Shown one piece after another: positions 1 to 6,546 of a stretch of 15,468 nt of DNA (positions are counted from its first letter, which is position 1; every line of letters starts with the position of its first letter). The stretch lies in assembly GCA_963932905.1 (NCBI GenBank), contig CAWVRN010000047.1, positions 1-15,468 on the forward strand, written 5' to 3'. The notes below the pieces were generated by a model. That model saw only the letters and a list, made by a program, of their open reading frames with translations, did not search any database and had not been told where the DNA came from. The position numbers were made by a program, and so were the translations under genes. Source of the stretch: an uncultured Bdellovibrio sp. Lineage in GTDB: Bacteria > Bdellovibrionota > Bdellovibrionia > Bdellovibrionales > Bdellovibrionaceae.

Positions 1-594
1 TCGGGGGAAATCGTAAACTTTGTCAGACCGACTACGAAATTTTCACCGCACTCCATACCTATGTCGCGATTTGACGTAATAATTTTAGATCGCTTACTAC
101 AAGGCAAAGATTCTAGAACACTACTAAGTAAGATTAAATACTGCTTTTCCGACGCGAAAATACTTATTTTGTCAGCTATAAATACACCATCCGAAAAAGC
201 CCTTTTACTTGATAGCGGCGCCGACGACTATCTTGCAAAGCCCTTCGACGGCGAGGAATTGGTTGCCCGAGTGCGAGCGCTATTGAGAAGAAACTATCAC
301 TCTATTAAGTTAGGGGATATCTCGTTAAATTCAATAAGTAGAACAATGACCGTAAATCATAATGAAATTTCACTAACAAATAAAGAATTCGATTTATTAA
401 AAACGCTGAGTCAAGCGCCTGGCAAGATTTTCAATAAATCATTTCTAAATTCGCAAGTTTGGGAAGTTTCTTCTGATGTCGACAGCAATGCTGTTGAAAC
501 AACTATTACAAAACTGCGTAGAAAGTTAGCTGACGCTGGCTCTTCAGTATCAATTAGAAATATTCGGAATCGAGGCTACTGGATTGAGGAATAG
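1..594 (+). CDS. OmpR/PhoB-family two-component response regulator (5' end probably outside the window)
   Basis: Receiver motifs DVIILD (phosphoacceptor Asp), LSA and GADDYLAKPF; winged-helix output domain (LTNKEFDLL, VETTITKLRRKL, IRNRGY). The frame is open from base 1 and the ORF from ATG61 lacks the first receiver strand, so the true start is likely upstream. Confidence 0.92.
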   Translation, partial: SGEIVNFVRPTTKFSPHSIPMSRFDVIILDRLLQGKDSRTLLSKIKYCFSDAKILILSAINTPSEKALLLDSGADDYLAKPFDGEELVARVRALLRRNYHSIKLGDISLNSISRTMTVNHNEISLTNKEFDLLKTLSQAPGKIFNKSFLNSQVWEVSSDVDSNAVETTITKLRRKLADAGSSVSIRNIRNRGYWIEE

Positions 595-1942
595 ATTTTT
601 CTTTATTATTCTTTCGACACTTGTTTTTTCAGCCATCGGTATAAATTTGGTTCATGTAAAATTTTTCAAGAGTCAGCGATTGAAACTAATCGACAAGCAA
701 ATTATGGAAAGCTCGACGGCGTTATTGGAGTCGTCAGAATTCAAAAATTCAGTTAATAACGTCGATACCATTGAAGATACCATTTCCGCCGTATTAAAAG
801 GTGCACGAATCGGCAAAATTTTTGTTCTTAGAAATCCAAAAGCTGAGATCGTCTATCAAAGCTTTAATGTTGGATTGCTACAAACTGACATTCCAATTCA
901 AAATGAATGGGTCGCAGTCGAGACCGAAAATGAATACGTTCGGGTAAGAAATATAGCTTTATCCGATGCCTCTCCGTTCATTTTGCAAGTGGGCCTGGTA
1001 TTGGATAGAAATTTCCTAAATTGGGAAATTATTGATAGTCGAGTCATTGGATACGTTTCAGGAATCGTGGCTGTACTCTTTCTAGCATCTGTACTTCTAA
1101 CTTTAATTCTACTTTCTCCTCTAAGGTTACTAGTAACACATTTGCAAGAGTCCACGGCCCATTTGATTTATAGAAGAGATATTCATCAACTTCCCAATCG
1201 TCTACTCAAGTATACCGCCGGATTCTGGGCTAAGTCGGATGAATTTTCTGATCTCTTAAGCACAATTCGAAAACTAATTGATAGAATAAATCTAAATCAC
1301 AAAATGACAAAATCGTGGACACTTCAGATGGCTCATGAATTAAAAACTCCTCTTGCCCTAATGAAAGTAGACACGGAGACAAAGAAAAAAGAAAATTTAC
1401 TGCCCACTCAATACGCGAACGACGCAATTGAGGAAATTGGCAAAGTTTCAGAAATCATCACTCAATTTTTAGATTGGGCCGAAGTGGAAAACTCTCCGCT
1501 TCAAAATGATATTCATGCTCTTAGGCTGAATTTAGTAATTAAGGAGATAGCTACCCGATTGGATAAAATTGGACATGGCAGAATTCAACTTGATCTCAAC
1601 TCCGATCTTACTGTATTCGCAAATCCAACCCATCTAGATCAATTAATATCAAACCTTGTAACTAATGCCTTGAAGTTTTCTTCCGAAGATAAAAAAATAA
1701 TTCTAATATTGGGAAATGACTATCTTATCGTAAAAGATTTCGGCACCGGAATTCCAAAAGAAGTTAGAGACCGGCTAGGTGAGCCCTTCAATGTCGGTTC
1801 AAGTAAAAACAAAAAAGGCAACGGCCTTGGACTTGCTTGGGTGGTCACGATTTCAAAACTCTACGAATGGAACCTTGCAATTAGAACCGACACTGAAGGA
1901 ACAGAAATAGAGATCCGCTTCCCAAAGGAAGAAATTAGCTAA
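584..1942 (+). CDS. Membrane sensor histidine kinase
   Basis: Two TM segments flanking a periplasmic region; H-box MAHELKTPL, N-box NLVTNALKF, G1 DFGTGI, G2 GNGLGL. The TTG start overlaps the response regulator end by 11 nt. Confidence 0.93.
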   Translation: MRNRFFFIILSTLVFSAIGINLVHVKFFKSQRLKLIDKQIMESSTALLESSEFKNSVNNVDTIEDTISAVLKGARIGKIFVLRNPKAEIVYQSFNVGLLQTDIPIQNEWVAVETENEYVRVRNIALSDASPFILQVGLVLDRNFLNWEIIDSRVIGYVSGIVAVLFLASVLLTLILLSPLRLLVTHLQESTAHLIYRRDIHQLPNRLLKYTAGFWAKSDEFSDLLSTIRKLIDRINLNHKMTKSWTLQMAHELKTPLALMKVDTETKKKENLLPTQYANDAIEEIGKVSEIITQFLDWAEVENSPLQNDIHALRLNLVIKEIATRLDKIGHGRIQLDLNSDLTVFANPTHLDQLISNLVTNALKFSSEDKKIILILGNDYLIVKDFGTGIPKEVRDRLGEPFNVGSSKNKKGNGLGLAWVVTISKLYEWNLAIRTDTEGTEIEIRFPKEEIS

Positions 1943-1953
1943 ATAGCCCACAA

Positions 1954-3090
1954 TTAAATGTTAGTCCACTCGGGAGTATCCGTTAAGTTCTCCCTCACCA
2001 AATGCCGAATGATATTTTCAAAATCATTATTAAAATGATCTCTTTGTCTTTTGTAGCTCGGGCCATTTTTAATAACGATATCCAGATAACTAAAAAACTT
2101 ATTATAATCAAACTCATCTGCGATGTGCTCTAAGGACCTAACCAAATCTGCCCAAATTTGATTAAAAGGAAATGAGTTTCCGTTGAGATCGTTAATCAAA
2201 TCACATTGAACCCCGTGACGAGACGCTCGCCATTTGTTTTCGCGTAAAATCCATTCGGGAGGGGGTGAAAACTTTCTACCAAGACTAAGCTCTCTATCAA
2301 TAAAAACAGCCAAAGAATGAATGAGGGCTACCAATGCTTCTACTTCCTTCATCGTGGGAGGACAATCTGCAATTCTAACTTCGATAGTTCCATACTCTAA
2401 GTTAGGCCGAATGTCCCACCACAAATCCTTAATTGACTGAATCGATTTAGAGTAGATCAACTTTTCCACTAGAACTTCAAACTCGCTCCAACTATTTACT
2501 AGGCACGGATGGCCACCGGTTGGAATCGCTTCGAAAAAGGTAATCCTACTAGATGCTAACCCTGTATCCTGCCGATGCCAAAATGGCGAACTGGCCGATA
2601 TAGCCAGCAGAATGGGTAAATAATGGCAGAGGGCATTGTTCATCAAAATGGCGTGCTCTCCATTTTTCATCCCCAAATGCACATGGAGTCCAAAAATTTG
2701 TAGTCTGCGCGTGATCCACTTATTTCTATCAACAAGCGAAAAATACCGACTACTGGGGGTCAGGAGGCGTTCTGTATAATGAGCAAACGGGTGAGTTCCC
2801 GCCATCATAACTTCGGCATCATGTAGTGTTGCCGACGATCTTACTTTATCGAGTGAAGCTCGAAGTGAAGCTCCGACTTGACTTGCATTATCGCAAATTG
2901 GGGTATCGATTTCTAACATACTTTGAAAAATTTCTGACTTTATATGAACAGCATCTTTGTCATTTTTTAGAGCCTCTAAAATGACCGGACCTACCGGCTT
3001 AAGATCTCCTGATGTTGGATCTATTAATTGTATTTCGACCTCGACACCGAGACGAATTGATTTATTTTCATTAAAAATTAGTTCTGCCAT
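1954..3090 (-). CDS. ybdK: YbdK-family carboxylate-amine ligase (glutamate--cysteine ligase 2, GCS2)
   Basis: Family motifs LGVEVEIQL, AGTHPF, GLHVHLG, SASSPFW, TGLASSR, WWDIRP, GTIEVRIAD, ENKWRASRHG; 378 aa. Confidence 0.9.
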   Translation of the reverse strand: MAELIFNENKSIRLGVEVEIQLIDPTSGDLKPVGPVILEALKNDKDAVHIKSEIFQSMLEIDTPICDNASQVGASLRASLDKVRSSATLHDAEVMMAGTHPFAHYTERLLTPSSRYFSLVDRNKWITRRLQIFGLHVHLGMKNGEHAILMNNALCHYLPILLAISASSPFWHRQDTGLASSRITFFEAIPTGGHPCLVNSWSEFEVLVEKLIYSKSIQSIKDLWWDIRPNLEYGTIEVRIADCPPTMKEVEALVALIHSLAVFIDRELSLGRKFSPPPEWILRENKWRASRHGVQCDLINDLNGNSFPFNQIWADLVRSLEHIADEFDYNKFFSYLDIVIKNGPSYKRQRDHFNNDFENIIRHLVRENLTDTPEWTNI

Positions 3091-3103
3091 AGGTCAACCT
3101 TAC

Positions 3104-3157
3104 TAGTGGCGACCCTACCAACTAAATACTTTTGAGATCAAATTATCTCAAAACCCA
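3104..3157 (-). ncRNA. Riboswitch-like cis-regulatory RNA, copy 1 (ybdK leader), nhaA-I-like
   Basis: - strand: TGGG-TTTTGAGAT/AATTTG/ATCTCAAAA-GT-ATT-TAG(T)T-GGTAGGGTCGCC-ACTA. Core 12-mer at 3108-3119, 17 nt before the ybdK ATG. Confidence 0.72.
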
Positions 3158-3408
3158 AATGATAACATTAAAATGTTGATAATACTGAAAAACAGTCACT
3201 AAAATAGTTCATTTCTGAAATTTGATAAAGTCTTGTTTTCTAAAGAACTATAGCTATAAGTCTTTCACACTTTACTTTGAGTACAAATGAAAATATGCTA
3301 AATCTATGTATGTATCTGAATTTTCTCCATCATTCCGATCAAAAATGATACATTCTAACGCATTTAAAGCACTTCAAGTTCCAATAAACTATAGCCGGCA
3401 GCGTAGTC

Positions 3409-3819
3409 GTGGATGATTCAAAGATTCCAGAACAAGTTAGGCATTTTATTTATAAGTACATTGATTCAGTTGAGATTCTAGAAATTTTGCTATTTCTACG
3501 TTCGCATCCGGAAGAATGGAATTCAGCAGAACAAATTAATGCCGAATTAAAGACTCAAGCCTCTTCAATTGCCAAGAAATTAATAATTTTAAAATCATTC
3601 GGCTTTCTAGAAGAAGACCCTGCAACCGTAGGTAAATATAAATTTGCGCCAACAACAGGAGAAATTGAGATAAGTATTGGTCTCCTGGCAGAGGAATATA
3701 AAATAAGACGTTACCGAGTTTATGAATTAATTTTTTCTCAGAAAAATCATATTAAAAATTTCGCTGACGCTTTTATAATAGTGAACAACAAAAACAAAAA
3801 GGATGATGAAAGTGGCTGA
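3409..3819 (+). CDS. Hypothetical protein, winged-helix-like, of the type usually found upstream of DUF5985 gene pairs
   Basis: 136 aa ORF with GTG start. The pattern IPEQVRHFI..IDSVEILEILLFL and the C-terminal IKNFADAF resemble this family as I recall it. Overlaps the next gene. Confidence 0.7.
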   Translation: MDDSKIPEQVRHFIYKYIDSVEILEILLFLRSHPEEWNSAEQINAELKTQASSIAKKLIILKSFGFLEEDPATVGKYKFAPTTGEIEISIGLLAEEYKIRRYRVYELIFSQKNHIKNFADAFIIVNNKNKKDDESG

Positions 3820-4075
3820 GATAGTATATGCATTATGTTTTTTCTTAAGCGTTTTATGTGCATTTTTATTATTCCGCAAATATCTCAATTCCAAATTAAG
3901 CTTATTGTTATGGACAGGACTTTCTTTTTTCTTTATCGCTATCAATAATCTTATTCTATTTGTTGATCTGGTAATTTATCCCGAATTAGATTTTAGCGGC
4001 GGGCTATTAAGAGTCCTTAGCGGCGCAATAGGTGGATGCATTCTTTTATTCGGCCTAATATGGGAGGCAAAATGA
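3812..4075 (+). CDS. DUF5985-like small membrane protein (about 3 TM)
   Basis: MAEIVYALC...LLLWTGLSF...INNLILFVDLVIYP...LLFGLIWE fits the DUF5985 pattern. GTG3812 is preferred over ATG3803 because AGGA lies 8 nt upstream. Confidence 0.75.
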   Translation: MAEIVYALCFFLSVLCAFLLFRKYLNSKLSLLLWTGLSFFFIAINNLILFVDLVIYPELDFSGGLLRVLSGAIGGCILLFGLIWEAK

Positions 4076-4362
4076 ACTTCATAGGCTTCCTTTCTGGTAT
4101 TTATATGATATCTTTTGCCGCTTCCGGCCTCATTTTCCTTAACTTTTTCAAATCCACCGGTGATCGATTTTTTAAGTATTTTTGCTATGCCTGCTGGATG
4201 CTATCAATTGAGCGATTCGCTTTATTTTTAATTGCAAATCCACTACCTGCGCAGCCAAATGTCGTTTCGGAAACGGAAACTTGGGTTTATTTGTTCCGCC
4301 TATTTGCATTTTTGATAATTCTCTACGCGATTGTCGACAAAAATAGAAAGTCAAAATCGTAA
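4072..4362 (+). CDS. DUF5985-like small membrane protein, second member of the pair
   Basis: FFKSTGDRFF...VYLFRLFAFLIILYAIVDKNR pattern. ATG4072 overlaps the upstream TGA (ATGA), with SD GGAGG at 4063-4067. Confidence 0.75.
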   Translation: MNFIGFLSGIYMISFAASGLIFLNFFKSTGDRFFKYFCYACWMLSIERFALFLIANPLPAQPNVVSETETWVYLFRLFAFLIILYAIVDKNRKSKS

Positions 4363-4439
4363 CAAATTAATTAACGCCATTATTCTCGCCATCACTCGCC
4401 CAAAACTTAAGTTAAATTATTAATTTCATTTCAACTAGC

Positions 4440-4541
4440 TTATTTTCGACGTCTCTCTAAATAAAACAGTCCTACTAAAACCACGACAGGAACAAGAACA
4501 AAAGTAAGGTCGACTAACTTGTTAGCGACGTCATCAGACAT
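4440..4541 (-). CDS. Small single-TM membrane protein, 33 aa (MSDDVANKLVDLTFVLVPVVVLVGLFYLERRRK), not in the ORF track
   Basis: Translated by hand. SD GGAG 5 nt before the ATG; hydrophobic stretch followed by a basic tail; downstream of motif copy 2; paralogous to 4681-4806. Confidence 0.72.
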   Translation of the reverse strand: MSDDVANKLVDLTFVLVPVVVLVGLFYLERRRK

Positions 4542-4555
4542 AAAAACTCCATTAA

Positions 4556-4582
4556 GTTAAATGGCGACCCTACCATTTGAAC
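4556..4582 (-). ncRNA. Riboswitch-like element, copy 2 (partial: second hairpin only)
   Basis: - strand GTT(C)AAAT-GGTAGGGTCGCC-ATTTAAC. Core at 4563-4574, 21 nt before ATG4541. No upstream TGGG-hairpin found. Confidence 0.55.
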
Positions 4583-4618
4583 AATAACTCTTTACTATAA
4601 CTTCTATTTTTTAACAAA

Positions 4619-4646
4619 ATTATATGTCATGTGATCATTTTAGCAA
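4619..4646 (-). promoter_or_regulatory. Putative sigma70 promoter for the 33-aa small ORF
   Basis: TTGCTA (4646-4641), 16-nt spacer, TATAAT (4624-4619) on the - strand. Confidence 0.45.
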
Positions 4647-4680
4647 CTCTTCACTGTCCGTTTTGCTTTACATCACAGTA

Positions 4681-4806
4681 TTAATCATCTTTCGTTTTCT
4701 TTTTTTTCTGTCTTTTTTCCCATATAACTATTCCAACAATGATGAAAGCTAACGGAATAATAAAGTAAGCAATTTCTGTAAATTTAGCGGCCCATGGTCC
4801 AGACAT
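4681..4806 (-). CDS. Small single-TM membrane protein, 41 aa (MSGPWAAKFTEIAYFIIPLAFIIVGIVIWEKRQKKKKTKDD), not in the ORF track
   Basis: Translated by hand. SD GGAG 4 nt before the ATG; TM segment followed by a polybasic tail; downstream of motif copy 3; paralogous to 4440-4541. Confidence 0.75.
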   Translation of the reverse strand: MSGPWAAKFTEIAYFIIPLAFIIVGIVIWEKRQKKKKTKDD

Positions 4807-4825
4807 AGTACTCCATTTTATTATT

Positions 4826-4879
4826 AAATGGCGACCCTACCATTTCAAAACTTTCACTCAATCTGCTAAGCGAAACCCA
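4826..4879 (-). ncRNA. Riboswitch-like cis-regulatory RNA, copy 3 (41-aa small ORF leader), nhaA-I-like
   Basis: - strand: TGGG-TTTCGCTTAG/CAGA/TTGAGTGAAA-GT-TTTG-AAAT-GGTAGGGTCGCC-ATTT. Core at 4830-4841, 23 nt before ATG4806. Confidence 0.72.
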
Positions 4880-4922
4880 TTCAATTTATTAATTCACTTT
4901 TATGTTTATACGTTTGATTATA

Positions 4923-6194
4923 TCACAAAAACCAAAAACAAATCGCGGCAATTAAAGTCGGAACCAATGCATTTTTAAAAAGTAAAATTGGACTAATACC
5001 ATCTTTATCGAAAGCAGGATTTAGAGTGCTGTACCCTGCAGGATTTGGCGCATTCGCAATTACTGTTAATCCACCACCCACAACACTACCAGCTACAAGC
5101 GCATATTTCGAAAAATCAGATAATCCTTCAACTTGACTGCCGAGATAAGTAATCGCAGCATTGTCCGTAAAAGCAGTAAGGCCCATCGCGCCCAAATAAA
5201 GTGGTAAGGCTGATAGTTTGGAAAGAATGGGTTCTAGCCACCAATTTTGATATCCCCCCAACACCACTAACCCACCAAGAAAAAATCCCACTAACAAAGC
5301 TTCTTTGATCCTTATTTCGTCCTGATACTCGCGCGTGACAGTAGTAACTCCCATGAAAAACAAAAACAAACCCATGAATAAGACAGTATAATGTGATGAC
5401 AACACAGTTCCTACTAAGAATAACAAATGCAGTACAGTGACCCAAATAGGAATCTTCAAATTCGTTTTCTCTTCAACATTTTGCGGAACCTGCGATATTT
5501 CCTTTCGGAAACGATAGGTCACTAGCGATGCAGATAAAAACACTGCAAAAAAGGCTTTCCAACCAAAGTTAGTAAGCATAAAGCTCAGATCCCAATTCCA
5601 TTTGGAAGCAACCATTAATACTGGAGGCGCCGCAAATGGCGTTAGTGTCCCTCCAATTGAAACATTAACAAATAGAAGTCCAAGGGTCGCATACTTTAGT
5701 TCATTAGAAATATTTTTCTGATAAAATGCTTTTAGTAAAATCAGTGCGGTTACCGTCATCGCGGCAGGTTCCGTAATAAAACTTCCCAAGAGTGGACCTA
5801 TGGTCAATGTCGCAAAATAAAATCCCACGGAAGACTGCAAAGGCAACAATTTACCTACTAGACGAATCAGCTTTTCGCTGAGTTGTAAAATGGGTCGAGT
5901 CGCACAAATCGTCATGATTACGAAAACAAACATGGGCTCGGTAAAATTTCGGGTTTGAAGATATTCAAGCGGTTTTTCAAATCCGCCGACACCCATAAAA
6001 AATAAAATGAATAGTCCAGCCCATATACCAAAAACCACTTCGACTTCTCCTAAAAGATGAAAAAAATTTTCACCAGCGGAACCCTCAGGAAACTTGTGCG
6101 CGATTTCTTGAAAAAACTTTACTGAAAAAGTGTGAAGGACGGCCAAGGCGAAAAACAAACTTGCGCCGTAAGATATAAATTGATGTTCAGACAT
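4923..6194 (-). CDS. Putative Na+/H+ antiporter (DUF1504 / Na_H_antiport_3 family, IT superfamily)
   Basis: 423 aa polytopic membrane protein with motifs HLLGEVEVVFGIW, GSFITEPAAMT, NVSIGGTLTPFAAPPVLMVA, DNAAITYL, GGGLTVIANAPNPAG. Confidence 0.88.
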   Translation of the reverse strand: MSEHQFISYGASLFFALAVLHTFSVKFFQEIAHKFPEGSAGENFFHLLGEVEVVFGIWAGLFILFFMGVGGFEKPLEYLQTRNFTEPMFVFVIMTICATRPILQLSEKLIRLVGKLLPLQSSVGFYFATLTIGPLLGSFITEPAAMTVTALILLKAFYQKNISNELKYATLGLLFVNVSIGGTLTPFAAPPVLMVASKWNWDLSFMLTNFGWKAFFAVFLSASLVTYRFRKEISQVPQNVEEKTNLKIPIWVTVLHLLFLVGTVLSSHYTVLFMGLFLFFMGVTTVTREYQDEIRIKEALLVGFFLGGLVVLGGYQNWWLEPILSKLSALPLYLGAMGLTAFTDNAAITYLGSQVEGLSDFSKYALVAGSVVGGGLTVIANAPNPAGYSTLNPAFDKDGISPILLFKNALVPTLIAAICFWFL

Positions 6195-6207
6195 AGGGTA
6201 CCCTCTG

Positions 6208-6264
6208 TTAACGGCGACCCTACCGTTTAAAACTCCTCAAGTAGGAAATCTACCTAAGGACCCA
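6208..6264 (-). ncRNA. Riboswitch-like cis-regulatory RNA, copy 4 (antiporter leader), nhaA-I-like
   Basis: - strand: TGGG-TCCTTAGGTAG/ATTTC/CTACTTGAGGA-GT-TTTA-AAC-GGTAGGGTCGCC-GTTAA. Core at 6213-6224, 18 nt before the antiporter ATG. Confidence 0.78.
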
Positions 6265-6360
6265 TCATAGAACAATCTCTTCGTTTACCTTACCTTCCAC
6301 ATTAAAGTCACTGCAAGTAGAAAAATTCGTTTCTGCTTTTTTTTAGCTTCAGCCTAAAAT

Positions 6361-6385
6361 ATTTTTCTGCCGCCGGCGGAAAAAT
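6361..6385. terminator. Hairpin, possible intrinsic terminator downstream of the 6547-7632 gene
   Basis: ATTTTTCTGCC-GCC-GGCGGAAAAAT inverted repeat with one wobble/mismatch. Only a short T tract follows on the - strand. Confidence 0.3.
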
Positions 6386-6546
6386 TTGAGAGTCTTTTGT
6401 GCTTCTCCTTTGGTGCAGTTGGCGTAATCTTACGAGGTGCTGGCAAGGCTCTAGCTTTACCATCCGAACAAAGAGTAAAAATTCTATTTAAATCAGATTC
6501 AGGAGTTGAATATAAGTCTTTATCACTATTCTGATTTCGCAGCGAT

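Noticed and set aside
1..60. Possible frameshift or pseudogene at the 5' end of the response regulator
   Set aside because: The frame is open to the window edge and the upstream sequence is not visible, so a lesion cannot be supported.
3373..3400. TCAAG-N15-GCCGGCAG as a sigma28 promoter for the DUF5985 cassette
   Set aside because: The -10 lacks the key CGAT core, so the match is too weak.
4376..4400. Short imperfect direct repeat CGCCAT...CTCGCCAT...CTCGCC
   Set aside because: Three 4-8 nt units with no structure or context; likely chance.
3108..6224. GGCGACCCTACC repeats as a CRISPR array, IS ends or REP elements
   Set aside because: Spacing is irregular (about 270-1450 bp) with whole genes between copies, the shared core is only 12 nt, there are no cas or transposase genes, and all copies are tied to start codons on one strand.
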